Assembly: GCA_963717145.1 (NCBI GenBank)
Contig: OY970325.1
Location: 3,744,001 to 3,808,000, forward strand
Source: an uncultured Armatimonadetes bacterium
GTDB lineage: Bacteria > Armatimonadota > UBA5829 > DTJY01
Reading direction: 5' to 3'
DNA length: 64,000 nucleotides
The notes under the pieces are model-generated. The model was given only the letters and a program-made list of their open reading frames with translations. It ran no database searches and was not told the DNA's origin. Shown here one piece after another: positions 48,241-60,139 of this stretch. Position 1 is the stretch's first letter, and every line of letters begins with the position of its first letter. Both the position numbers and the translations under genes were made by a program.

Positions 48241-51200
48241 ATGATACGACGACTCGGCACTCACTTTGTCATACTCGTCCTCCTGCTTGTCGCGCTGGGA
48301 ACGGCTCGACCGTCGGTCTTCTACGTCTCCCGCGACGCTACCGGAGCGAATACCGGCCTCTCCTGGCAGGACGCGTTCACCACCATCCAGGCAGGCATCG
48401 ACGCCGCGGATTCGGCGGGTGGCGGCGACGTATGGGTCAAGTCCGGCATATACAGCGGTTTCACTTCGACTCCCACCACCGACCGATTCGAACTCCGAGA
48501 TCCGAGGGCGGTCGACGTGATAGGCGAAGAGCGGAATTTCGTCCTACACCTCATCCGGGTCGCTGATGACATGCCATCTCACCGTCCTGTATATCGAGGG
48601 CGAGCGCTCCGTAGTCATCCCGCCCGCGACGTTCGGCCCGACGACGGATCAGGACTCGTTCGCAGACCGGCTGGCGGCGATGATGCATGGCCCGACGGAT
48701 GTGCTGGTTTTCGCGAACCACCCGAGTATGAGCGTGGGCGCGGGCGACACCAGGATCGCGGTGGAGGACCTCACGAGCGCGGCGAATGCCTCTGCCCTGG
48801 ATGCCATGGAGATCAAGGGCGACGAGGACGTCGTGAAGTGGGATTACATACTCGCCCATCTCGACGATCAATCCGCTGACTGCCGCAAGATCATCTGGGG
48901 ACTGCGTGCCGACGACCAGCACCGCATCGCGCAGATCGACTACAGGACCTACGGTGTCATGATGGGCTGCATCCCGACTGAGAGCCAGGATTCCGTCTAC
49001 GCCGATAGAAGGCTGGCGCTCAAGGACATGATCCGCAGGGGCAGCTTCGTCTCCCTGCCCCCCAACTCGAAGTGCGGGATGCCCTCGTACACCTTCGAGA
49101 GCGTGGGTGGCAGTGCGAGCCGGATGCAGGTCAGGGTCTACATGGAGAACATCGGAGGCGCGACCTCGGCGAACATCCGCTTCTACGGCTGCGACTATGC
49201 CACGGGGAACACCCCAGGCACGCTGCTTTTCACCGCCCCGCTCACACTGAACGCCGACAACACCGCAAGCTACTACCTGACGACCACCGGCACATCGAGC
49301 GGACAGGCTCTCTCCGTCCAGCAGAAGGCGAACATCAAGTACATCAGGCCGGTCATCACCTGGCTGGGACCGGAGCCGCGAGGCCTACCTGCAGCCGGTG
49401 AGGATTCGCACGAACGGCAACTGGTGGAATGGCCCGGCGCACACCCTTGCAGGCGCACAGGGCGTCATCGGACCGTCTCCGTATCCGGTCGGCGGCACGG
49501 ACACCGGCGAGACGATCTACTTCGACACGCACGACCACACAACGGCTTCGGATGGCGACTCATCGCCTTCAGCGATGCGCGCGAAGTACTGGGACAACCT
49601 CGGAGAGATCGATCCCACGAAGCCGAGGTTCGCCGTCATGACGGACCACCAGGCGCGCACTCCCTTCCAGACACCGGTCGCCTCAGTCATCGAGATGAAG
49701 CCTGCCGCGCAGATCTACGGGGGATTCGCCGGCACGGAGACCCTTCGCGACGAGCGCAGTTGGACACTCCGCCCGACGATCATCGATGGCCGGGGGGAGG
49801 GTAGGTGCGTCCTGGCGGATGGGGCTCACTGGGCGGACAAGACCTCAGCGGTCCTCGATGGATTCACTCTGATCAACGGCAAGGCCACCGGCGCCAGCGG
49901 TGGCGGCATGCTGATATACGACTGCGCGCCAACCATAGGTAACTGCACGATCATGGACTGCATGGCGGCCCATGGGGGCGGAGTGTGCGTCTCCTCGGGA
50001 TGCTATCCGCGCATCAGCAATTGCATCATCTATGGCAACCAGGCCGACGGCTTCTACGACGGTGGCGGGGGCATACAGGTGCTCGACTCTATGTTGAACC
50101 TGGATAACTGCACACTCGAAGGGAACTCGGCGAGTTTCGGGGGAGCGATCTCCTGCTACTCATCCCAGCTCTTCATGAGCGATTGCGCGCTGACAGGGAA
50201 CACTTCCAAGAACGGCGGTGGAGGACTCCTCGTATCCGGGTCACATTCTCAGATCATGCGGTGCCGGTTCGCCGGCAACTCGTGCGCGAGTGACGGGGGA
50301 GCGATCAGGAGCACCGGCACGACCATCACGTTACAGGACTGCCGGTTCCTGTACAACTCGGCTGGTCAGGCAACCGGAAAGGGCGGAGGAGTGTACTGCA
50401 ATGGCTCCCTGCAGCTAACGGGATGCCATTTCGCTGCGAACACCGCACACGATGCTGGCGGCATATATCTCGACTCGAACGACTGCGGGGTTCAGAACTG
50501 CATATTCGACGGGAATCAGGCGGCCACCGACCTGGGACGCGGCGGGGCGATCTTCTGCCGAAACCAGGAGCAAGGGCTCGTGGCGCATAACACAATGGTC
50601 GAGAACTCCTCCGGTCGGGGCGGTGCGATCTTCTGCCTCGACTCGGAGGTAACGGTCGCCAACAACATCATGGCATTCAACGTCGGAGGCATCTGCGTCG
50701 AGGGCCGAGCCCCTACCCTTCTGCACAACGATCTGCACTCCAACATGGTAAGCTACGAGGGAATCGGGCCGGGTGAAGGCGACATCTCCGCCGATCCGCA
50801 GTTCGCTGACCGTCCGGCTGATGACTATCGCCTCACCAACGACTCGGAGTGCATCGATGCCGCCACGAATTCGACGCCGGGCCTCCTCGCCCGAGACCTT
50901 GACGGCATATCCCGGCCCTGGGTCCAGACCGTGGACATCGGCGCCTACGAGTTCCGATCGCCGAACGCGGTGCCCAAGTCGATCGCGGATGGAGATCCGG
51001 TCGCGATCGAAGCGTTTGTGGTCACCGCCTCGTTCACGGGCGTCTTCTACATCGAGGCCGATAACCGCAACTTCGGGCTCAGGGTCAGCAAGTCGGATCA
51101 CGGGATCATTGAAGGGATGCGGGCCGATGTCTCAGGCCGCATGAGGACCAACACTGACGGCGAGCGGTACATCGAGGCCGACTCGGTCGTCGCGAATGGC

Positions 51201-51569
51201 GCGGGAACGATCGCCCCGATCGGCATGACCATCCGCGGCATCGGCGGGTCGGAATGGCGGAGTCCCTACGGTGCTGTGGTCGGACAGGCGGGAGTCATGG
51301 GCGGAGCGGGCTTGAACAACGTCGGGCTGCTGATCCGCACATGGGGGACGGTCAAATCCGTGGGCAGCGACTGTCTCTACCTGGACGACGGATCGGCATC
51401 CTGGGACAGCACATACTCGGGCGCTGTCAGGATCATGTGCAATCCGGCGGGATTCGAAGCGGGCGATCGGCTGGAGGTCACTGGCATAAGCTCGTGCTTC
51501 GCCCCGACCGAGGGAACGATCGCGCGCTACGTCCTCACCCGCAGGTCCGAGGATCTCCGACCTCTGTAG
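48241..51569 (+). CDS. Tandem paralog of 44838-48122; two frameshifts in this sequence (~48544, ~49375)
   Basis: ORF pieces starting 48241, 48566 and 49398 align colinearly with the upstream paralog (KWDY.LA.LDDQ..DC.K, QQKANIKYIRP, WWNGPA). Confidence 0.82.
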
Positions 51570-51599
51570 CGACTGGGGGGAACTCATTCAGGACTGCAG

Positions 51600-51667
51600 T
51601 GTCATTCTGAGCGTAGCGAAGAACCTGGCTCTGCGGAAACAGATTCTTCGCTACGCTCAGAATGACA
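51600..51667. repeat. TGTCATTCTGAGCGTAGCGAAGAA palindromic element
   Basis: 24-bp perfect inverted arms; second copy at 53057-53127. Confidence 0.9.
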
Positions 51668-51688
51668 GCCCCCTAAGGGATTGTCGTT

Positions 51689-52351
51689 CTACACTGATCT
51701 GCGCTTGCGAGGTATGAAGCGGGTTGCGAGGCTCACTCCACCGAATCCGAGTACGAGAAAGCCGCTCATCTCCGGTATGACTGTCACGGGATACTGCCGT
51801 CCCGCGGACCGGTCATGCCACGTGCTGCCAAGCTGCTCTTCGAAGTGCTCCTCCCACCGGCGGGTGGCATCGAGCGATCCCGAGCCCGGGATGACCGCGC
51901 CCACGTGTGAGGCAAAGAGCAGCCCCATATCGCTTGGCCCGCTCATGTTGATGTACTCTCCACCGACCTTCGGCTGATACGTGAAGGTCAGGCTCTGACC
52001 CGGGGCGAGCGCATAGGGTGTGTAGTACTTGCCGGGTTTCGACGCCAGCTCCATCTTCTTTCCGTTCCAAGTCCAGCCCTCAGGCGCGCTCCACGAGGCC
52101 GGCTCCTGGATCCGGTACGGCATGATATCCCACACAAGGACATCGAATGCGGGGAACTGATCCGACGCCTGCGAGCTGTTGTTCGTCAGCGTCCACACCT
52201 GCGTGTCGTCCTGAAGCAGCCAACTGACGGACGTCAGTCCGGTATCGATGGCGGAATTCCAGTTCTGCGAGTACGCGGTCCCGGCCAGGATCAGCACCAT
52301 CGCAAAGGCGACGAGTCCGGCGATGACGATTCCCCGAGCGAGTTTCGGCAT
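51689..52351 (-). CDS. Secreted protein with PEP-CTERM-like C-terminal sorting signal
   Basis: Signal peptide; C-terminus VIPEMSG + hydrophobic helix + RKRR. Confidence 0.75.
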   Translation of the reverse strand: MPKLARGIVIAGLVAFAMVLILAGTAYSQNWNSAIDTGLTSVSWLLQDDTQVWTLTNNSSQASDQFPAFDVLVWDIMPYRIQEPASWSAPEGWTWNGKKMELASKPGKYYTPYALAPGQSLTFTYQPKVGGEYINMSGPSDMGLLFASHVGAVIPGSGSLDATRRWEEHFEEQLGSTWHDRSAGRQYPVTVIPEMSGFLVLGFGGVSLATRFIPRKRRSV

Positions 52352-52370
52352 TCTTTGTCCTCCTGCGAAG

Positions 52371-52445
52371 AAAAAGACCCCGGCCACAGAATGACCGGGG
52401 CAAGTCCGGAAAGGAGAAAAGGAGAAAACGCGTTGCTTTCCATCC
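52371..52445 (-). ncRNA. Candidate small RNA or terminated leader resembling the 20.5/20.9-kb pair
   Basis: Minus strand reads TTTTCTCCTTTTCTCCTTTCC-GGAC-TTGCCCCGG..GGCCGGGGTCTTTTT; upstream CTAAC-N16-GCCAATAA resembles a sigma28 promoter. Confidence 0.45.
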
Positions 52446-52621
52446 TATATTATTGGCGATGACGAGTGTCCGCGTTAGAGTATTTCCTTCAAGTCTTGGG
52501 AAAAAGTATGTATACCCCCCTTGACTTCAGGACGGTGGCTTGCTATATTGCATATAGTTGGTTCTACAGCAAGACGGACGATGTAGGACAACAGGGGTTG
52601 GATGGCCACTCCGAGGTGTAT

Positions 52622-53026
52622 ATGGAGTCTTTCGCGGGCCCGAAAATCGAGATACAGGTACCGCTGAACCCTGCAGAGTGTTCGCGCGTTCGGAGAGTCG
52701 TCTCCTGCCTCGCATCAGCAGCGCTGGATGATCCGGTGGCAGTCGATGACATTGAGCTCGCTGTCGGCGAAGCATTCACCAATGCGGTGAAGTATGGCAG
52801 TCACGGTCGCGCCACGGTCTACGTCGATCTCTCGATGCCCAGCGTCCTGACCCTCGAGATGGTCTACCTCGGCATGGATTTCGACACCACAGTCACCTAT
52901 CCTGAAGACGTCCGGGCGGCGAATGGCGGCTTCGGGCGCTTCATCATGAGCAACCTGCTCGACGATATGGACTACACGTTCGAGGACGGCCGCACCATCC
53001 TCCGCATGAGCCGCTCCCGCCGCTGA
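52622..53026 (+). CDS. RsbW-like anti-sigma factor / HATPase_c protein
   Basis: DIELAVGEAFTNAVKYG, GGFGRFIM..LLDD; upstream TTGACT-N17-TATATT at 52521-52549. Confidence 0.85.
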   Translation: MESFAGPKIEIQVPLNPAECSRVRRVVSCLASAALDDPVAVDDIELAVGEAFTNAVKYGSHGRATVYVDLSMPSVLTLEMVYLGMDFDTTVTYPEDVRAANGGFGRFIMSNLLDDMDYTFEDGRTILRMSRSRR

Positions 53027-53056
53027 TGTCCCTCCCCCCACTCGTACTCCTGCAGG

Positions 53057-53127
53057 GATGTCATTCTGAGCGTAGCGAAGAATCTCTCTGTAATGCCAAG
53101 ATTCCTCGCTACGCTCAGAATGACATC
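53057..53127. repeat. TGTCATTCTGAGCGTAGCGAAGAA palindromic element
   Basis: Inverted arms matching 51600-51667. Confidence 0.9.
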
Positions 53128-53218
53128 TCGTGAGCTACCTCCCACGCTCGTCAGCATTGACCCGAGACCCCGATTTCTGCTATAATGAGCGCAATTGAAA
53201 CAGGAGACAAGACCCAAT

Positions 53219-55327
53219 ATGGCAGATGAAGGTCAGGAACTGAATACCGACGGAACGGACGAGGAAGTAAGGTACGATGCCGACCAGTTGACGGTCTTGA
53301 AGGGCCTCGAGGCGGTGCGCCTGCGGCCCGCTATGTACATCGGCACGACAGGTTCCAGAGGTCTCCATCATCTCTTCTACGAAGTTGTTGACAACTCGAT
53401 CGACGAGGTGCTGGCCGGCTATGCCGATGAGATCAACTGCACCCTGCACACAGATAACAGCCTTTCCGTGCGCGATAATGGCCGAGGAATACCGGTCGAT
53501 ATCCACTCCGAGACGGGCGTCTCAGGCGTCGAAGTCGCGATGACGATCCTCCACGCCGGCGGTAAGTTCGGCGGAGGAGGCTATAAGGTTTCCGGCGGCC
53601 TGCATGGAGTCGGCGTCTCGGCTGTGAACGCGCTCTCCGAGTGGTGTCACGTCGAGGTCTGCCGGGACGGATGGTGCTGGGAACAGGACTACAAGCGCGG
53701 AGTCCCCGTAGAGCCACTTGCCAAGACCGATAAGGCCAAGAAAACCGGCACCTACACCCGGTGGCTTGCCGACCACGAGATTTTCGGCGAGATCGAGTAT
53801 CATCTCGAAGTTCTCGTTCAGAGGATTCGCGAGCTTGCCTACCTCAACAAAGAGGTCAAGATCACCTTCACGCACGAGGAGACCGGCGAGACCCAGGAGT
53901 TCCACTACAAGACAGGTATCGCCGCATTCGTCGAGCACCTGAACCGGAACAAGGACCCGCTCCACAAGGTCGTATACTTCTCCCGCCAGCGCGAGGACAA
54001 CGACGTCGAGATCGCACTCCAGTACAATGACGGCTACCAGGAGAACATCCTGACGTTCGCCAACAACATCAACACATCCGAGGGAGGCGTCCACCTCTCC
54101 GGCTTCAAGACCGCGTTGACCAGGGTGATCAACAACTATGCCCGCAAGAACGGCCTTCTCAAGGAGAAGGAGAACAACTTCATGGGCGACGACGTGCGCG
54201 AGGGTCTCGCCGCCGTCATCTCCGTGAAGCTGCTCAATCCGCAGTTCGAGGGCCAGACGAAGACCAAGCTCGGCAACAGCGAACTGGAAGGCATCGTGAA
54301 CTCGATCGTCGGCGAAGGACTCGGGGAGTTCCTCGAGGAGAACCCGGCGATCGGCAAGAAGATCATCGACAAGGCGCTGACCGCATGCCGCGCGCGCGAG
54401 GCTGCTCGAAAGGCCTCAGACCTCGTCAAGAGGCAGAGCGCCCTGGAGAACTCCTCGCTGCCCGGCAAGCTGGCCGACTGCTCCGAGCGCGATGCGTCGA
54501 AGTGCGAGATCTACCTCGTGGAGGGCGACTCCGCGGGCGGTTCGGCGAAACAGGGCCGCGACCGTCGTTACCAGGCCATACTCCCGCTCAGGGGCAAGAT
54601 TCTGAACGTCGAGAAGGCGCGGCTCGACAAGGCGCTCGAAAACGAGGAGATCAGGTCGCTCATCACCGCTCTGGGCACGGGGATCTCGAAGGGCTCCGTC
54701 CCTGAGTCCGAGGATGAAGATCCGATGGCGTTCGATGCCGATGCTGACGGCGAGTCGGTATCCGAATCCGAGTCCGATGGCGAGGCCGAGGTCGAGATTG
54801 AAGCCGTCGGCAACGGTAACGGCAAGAACGGCAACAGCAAGGACAACGGCTTCAAGTTCGATATGAGCAAGCTCAGATACGACCGGGTCATAATCATGAC
54901 CGATGCCGACGTGGACGGCGATCACATCTGCACGCTGCTGCTCACCTTCTTCTTCCGCTACATGCGCCCGCTCGTCGAGGAGGGCCACATATACATCGCG
55001 AGGCCGCCTCTTTATCGAGTCACCTCCGGCAAGGACCAGCAGTTCTACGCCCGCAACGACAAAGAGCTGGACGAGGTGATGAAGAACATCAAGTCCAAGA
55101 AGGACATCAAGGTCCAGCGGTTCAAAGGTCTTGGCGAGATGAACGCCGACCAGCTCTTCGACACGACGATGAACCCGGAGAACCGAACGATGGCCCAGGT
55201 GACGATGGAGGATGCGCTTCTAGCCGACGAGGTCTTCACGTGCCTCATGGGCGACAAGGTCGAGCCGCGCAGGGAGTTCATCGAGATGCACGCGAAGGAA
55301 GTCACCGACGTGGACTGGCATTACTAG
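53219..55327 (+). CDS. gyrB: DNA gyrase subunit B
   Basis: EVVDNSIDE, LHAGGKF, GGLHGVG, VEGDSAGGSAK, PLRGKILNVEK, MTDADVDG, QRFKGLGEMN; promoter TTGACC-N18-TATAAT at 53157-53186. Confidence 0.97.
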   Translation: MADEGQELNTDGTDEEVRYDADQLTVLKGLEAVRLRPAMYIGTTGSRGLHHLFYEVVDNSIDEVLAGYADEINCTLHTDNSLSVRDNGRGIPVDIHSETGVSGVEVAMTILHAGGKFGGGGYKVSGGLHGVGVSAVNALSEWCHVEVCRDGWCWEQDYKRGVPVEPLAKTDKAKKTGTYTRWLADHEIFGEIEYHLEVLVQRIRELAYLNKEVKITFTHEETGETQEFHYKTGIAAFVEHLNRNKDPLHKVVYFSRQREDNDVEIALQYNDGYQENILTFANNINTSEGGVHLSGFKTALTRVINNYARKNGLLKEKENNFMGDDVREGLAAVISVKLLNPQFEGQTKTKLGNSELEGIVNSIVGEGLGEFLEENPAIGKKIIDKALTACRAREAARKASDLVKRQSALENSSLPGKLADCSERDASKCEIYLVEGDSAGGSAKQGRDRRYQAILPLRGKILNVEKARLDKALENEEIRSLITALGTGISKGSVPESEDEDPMAFDADADGESVSESESDGEAEVEIEAVGNGNGKNGNSKDNGFKFDMSKLRYDRVIIMTDADVDGDHICTLLLTFFFRYMRPLVEEGHIYIARPPLYRVTSGKDQQFYARNDKELDEVMKNIKSKKDIKVQRFKGLGEMNADQLFDTTMNPENRTMAQVTMEDALLADEVFTCLMGDKVEPRREFIEMHAKEVTDVDWHY

Positions 55328-55388
55328 GAACCGCCAAGACGCCAAGGTCGCCAGGGACCGGGCTCGCAGTCTGGACACAATAGACGCC

Positions 55389-55421
55389 AAGAGGGAGCAG
55401 GACGGATTCCTGCTCCCTCTT
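55389..55421. terminator. Stem-loop between convergent gyrB and transglutaminase-like genes
   Basis: AAGAGGGAGCAGGA / TCCTGCTCCCTCTT, inside outer AACCGCCAAGACGCCAAG...CTTGGCGTCTTGGCGGTT repeats. Confidence 0.65.
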
Positions 55422-55483
55422 CTCGTGCTCGGGCTATCCACAGCCTGCCCTGAATGACTTGGAGTTCTTGGCGTCTTGGCGGT

Positions 55484-56950
55484 TCACTCCGCCGCGATGA
55501 CCTCCGCCTTGAGGGCGCCCATCGTTTTCACCATGTCGAACATCGAGGTCGCCTCGCCTTCCGCGAGCTTGATGTGCGTCGCATCGACGAAATCGGTCGT
55601 GAGCGTCGGGTCGAACGGTACCCACTCGCCGACGAAGCTCTCCGCCCACGCGTGGTAGTAGAACCGCCCCTCGAAATACACCAGCCCCGAGACCATTTTC
55701 GTCGGGATGCCGGCCGCACGGGCGAGCGCCGCATAGAGCACCGCATAGTCCCTGCAAACGCCCGTCTTGCCGTGGAACACATCGACCGCCGACCGCATGA
55801 TCCCGATGTCGGCCTTCGACCTCATGTTCGCGTTCACCCACGCGCGAACCATCCCGGCGGCGAGATACGAGTTCGCCTCATCGCCGACAATCTTCTTCGC
55901 CTGCGCCCTGATCTCCGCATGGGTTGCCTGGACGTATGGGGTGTCCTTGAGTAACGCCGCGAACTCCTTGTCCTTGATCGGCAGTTCGATCGCTTTGTCC
56001 AGGTTGAACTCCGTGGCCGTGATCGTATACTCCCCGACCGGCGGCTCGCCAGGGATGTACTTCGTCTGCTGCCGTTTGTCGGATATCGCCAGCTTTTCGT
56101 CGAGCAGCCCGACGAGCCGAATCTTCAGCGATTTGACGTACCTCGGCGCGAGGATCTCCTTGTCCGCCGGCGCGGAGGTCGCAACCGCCAGGTCCTCCGG
56201 TGGGAGATACGTGTTCTCGAACTTGAGGGCCTTCTCTTTCGGCTCTTTGACCATATTGAGGCCGAGGATCGCCGATATCTTGAGCATATTGCCCTTTTCG
56301 TCGAGCCAGCATTTCATCTCGCCCAAAGGGGTCATGTTCCGGACCATGAGCGTCTTGTACTGGACGCCCTCGATCTCGGTCGTGTCCGTCCCGACGACCT
56401 CTGCATGGACATCGTCGAGCGTCAGGCCGGCGGGGTTGAAGTACTTGTAGTCATACACGTCCCCGACCTTGAGCTGCTTGCTTGCCGGGAAAAACATCAG
56501 ATCGCCAACGAGGTTCGTGCCCGCGGGGATCGGGATCGTCTGCGTCTCCTTCGTGTCGTCGGAGAGGATGACCGCGGTGATCTTGTCCGGCTCGAATGCG
56601 GCCTCGATCTTCGTGACCGATCCGCCGGAGCGCATCTCGAAGACCTCGGATATCGGCTGATACTTATCAGTGAGATGAATCGTGGTCATCAGTTCCTGCT
56701 CGACGAGCATGCCGAGCGCGAGGATGCGTGTGAAAACCTTGCTGTCACACTTGAAACCGGGCTTGCCCCGGTACGTCTCCTTGTCCATGCGCAAGCGCGC
56801 GTATCCGATCTTGGACTGGCCCCGATATATGCCCATCCAGCTCTCACTGGGGACATCCTGCGCCAAGGCTGGGATGTAGCCGAGGAATGTGGTGAGTCCC
56901 ATGATGATTATGATTGCGAATGCTCGAATCGTCCGGGTGCATGCGGACAT
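55484..56950 (-). CDS. Secreted transglutaminase-like domain protein
   Basis: Signal peptide; GVCRDYA..ARAAGIP, YHAWAE, WVPFDPT (Cys-His-Asp triad). Confidence 0.88.
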   Translation of the reverse strand: MSACTRTIRAFAIIIIMGLTTFLGYIPALAQDVPSESWMGIYRGQSKIGYARLRMDKETYRGKPGFKCDSKVFTRILALGMLVEQELMTTIHLTDKYQPISEVFEMRSGGSVTKIEAAFEPDKITAVILSDDTKETQTIPIPAGTNLVGDLMFFPASKQLKVGDVYDYKYFNPAGLTLDDVHAEVVGTDTTEIEGVQYKTLMVRNMTPLGEMKCWLDEKGNMLKISAILGLNMVKEPKEKALKFENTYLPPEDLAVATSAPADKEILAPRYVKSLKIRLVGLLDEKLAISDKRQQTKYIPGEPPVGEYTITATEFNLDKAIELPIKDKEFAALLKDTPYVQATHAEIRAQAKKIVGDEANSYLAAGMVRAWVNANMRSKADIGIMRSAVDVFHGKTGVCRDYAVLYAALARAAGIPTKMVSGLVYFEGRFYYHAWAESFVGEWVPFDPTLTTDFVDATHIKLAEGEATSMFDMVKTMGALKAEVIAAE

Positions 56951-57205
56951 TCTGCACCTCCAATGGTAGTATTCTGCCACCATATAAACACAAAAGGGCG
57001 TCCAGTGCAAGGGGAACTCATGCAGGGGGTGCATTTTCGCAGAGTGGGTTAGCCTCTCGTTATGCCACCAGAGTGGCTACTCGAGGAGATCGGTTGGGTG
57101 GTCTGCCAGGGTTTCGAAGCCCCAACCGTCTAGTCTCGAGTAGGTTTCTCTGGAAACCATAACGAGAGACGGTCGCCACCAACGGAACGGGACGGCGACC
57201 GTTCC

Positions 57206-57604
57206 CTACCCACCCTGGGCGACGTGCAGGCGGTTGAGCGCGCGCTTGAGGGCTATTTCCGCGCGGACGAGGTCCATGTTCGCATCGGCAGCCGCGAGTC
57301 GCTCACGCGCACGAGCGAGGGCCTGCTCCGCGCGAGCGACGTCGATCTCCTCGGCTCTCTCAGCGGCATCGGCCAGGATGCGCACCGTGTTGTCCGCGAC
57401 CTCCATGAACCCGCCGGAAACCGCATAGCGCTCCTCATGGCCGTCCGGGTCACGCATCTTCAGCTCGCCGACGGTGAGTTCGGCCATCAGCGGGGCGTGG
57501 TTCGCCAGGATGCCGAGCGAGCCCTCCGATCCGGGCACGACCACGGAAACGGCGTCCTGCGACAGGACGATCCTCTCCGGCGTCACGATTTCCAATCTGA
57601 ATGC

Positions 57605-57613
<9 letters not shown>
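57206..57613 (-). CDS. atpC: ATP synthase F1 epsilon subunit
   Basis: LEIVTPE, GILANHAP, VSGGF, RALNRL. Confidence 0.96.
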
Positions 57614-59143
<1,530 letters not shown>

Positions 59144-59158
59144 GGATCTCCTCACATT

Positions 59159-60034
59159 CTACTTCAGCGCTTCTGCACCGCTGACTATCTCGATCAGTTC
59201 CCTGGTGATCGCGGCCTGGCGCGCGCGGTTGAAATCGAGCGTCAGCCGTTGGATCATGTCGCCTGCGTTCTCGGTCGCGGTGCTCATGGACGTCATCCGA
59301 GCGCCGTGTTCGCTCGCGAGCGACTCCATCATGGCGCGGTACACCTGGACGTCCACGTATCTCGGCAGCAGCCTCCCGAGCAAGACCGCCGGCTCCGGCT
59401 CGAAGATGTAATCCACCGCCGCAGCCGCCCCGATTGCTGAGGCGGATTTGTCCGGTGGAGTCACCGGGAGAAGCTGCTGGTCGGTCACCCGCTGACTAAT
59501 CGCGCTCAGAAACCTCGTGTAGACCACATGCACCAAGTCAACGTCGCGACTCTCGAACATATCCCTGATCGCGCGGCTGATCACCCTCGCCTCCGCGATC
59601 GTCACCTCCGACGACGGCATCGAGTAGTCGGCGGCGATGGTGTACCCCTGTTTGCCGAAGAACGCCCTACCCTTCTTGCCGACTGTGACAAGCTTGACAT
59701 GCTCTTTGTCATAGTGCGCCGCGATGTCCATCGTCCGCCGGATGATGTTCGTGTTGTAGCTCCCGGCCATTCCGCGATCCGAGGTAATGACCATGATGCC
59801 GACATTGACCGGTTCGCGTACCTCGAGGAGCGGATGGCTGAATTCCCCGCCTTGATCGGCCTGAGCCAGATGACTCATGACGGCGACCATCTCCTCGGCG
59901 TAGGGCCTCGCGGCCTTCGTGCGGGATTCCGCCTTCTGGAGGCGGGCCGCGGCGACCATTTTCAGCGCCTTCGTTATCTCTTGTATGTTCCGAACGGTCT
60001 TTATCCGCCGCCGGACATCGCGAATTGTTGCCAT
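59159..60034 (-). CDS. atpG: ATP synthase F1 gamma subunit
   Basis: ITKALKMVAAA, SEHGARM, RQAAITRELIEIVSGA. Confidence 0.97.
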   Translation of the reverse strand: MATIRDVRRRIKTVRNIQEITKALKMVAAARLQKAESRTKAARPYAEEMVAVMSHLAQADQGGEFSHPLLEVREPVNVGIMVITSDRGMAGSYNTNIIRRTMDIAAHYDKEHVKLVTVGKKGRAFFGKQGYTIAADYSMPSSEVTIAEARVISRAIRDMFESRDVDLVHVVYTRFLSAISQRVTDQQLLPVTPPDKSASAIGAAAAVDYIFEPEPAVLLGRLLPRYVDVQVYRAMMESLASEHGARMTSMSTATENAGDMIQRLTLDFNRARQAAITRELIEIVSGAEALK

Positions 60035-60073
60035 GGAAACCTCGGTACAGGATGCCGGATCGCCTCTCGCGGG

Positions 60074-60131
60074 ATCCCCTGACGACTCCCGTCGTCGGGG
60101 CCGGCCCCGACGACGGGAGTCGTCAGGGGAT
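60074..60131. repeat. Perfect 58-bp palindrome without spacer between atpA and atpG
   Basis: ATCCCCTGACGACTCCCGTCGTCGGGGCC directly followed by its reverse complement. Confidence 0.9.
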
Positions 60132-60139
60132 AGCTCCTA

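Noticed and set aside
57054-57168. 6S RNA or SRP RNA
   Set aside because: Too short for 6S, no central bubble, and no SRP domain IV motif; kept only as an unassigned inverted repeat
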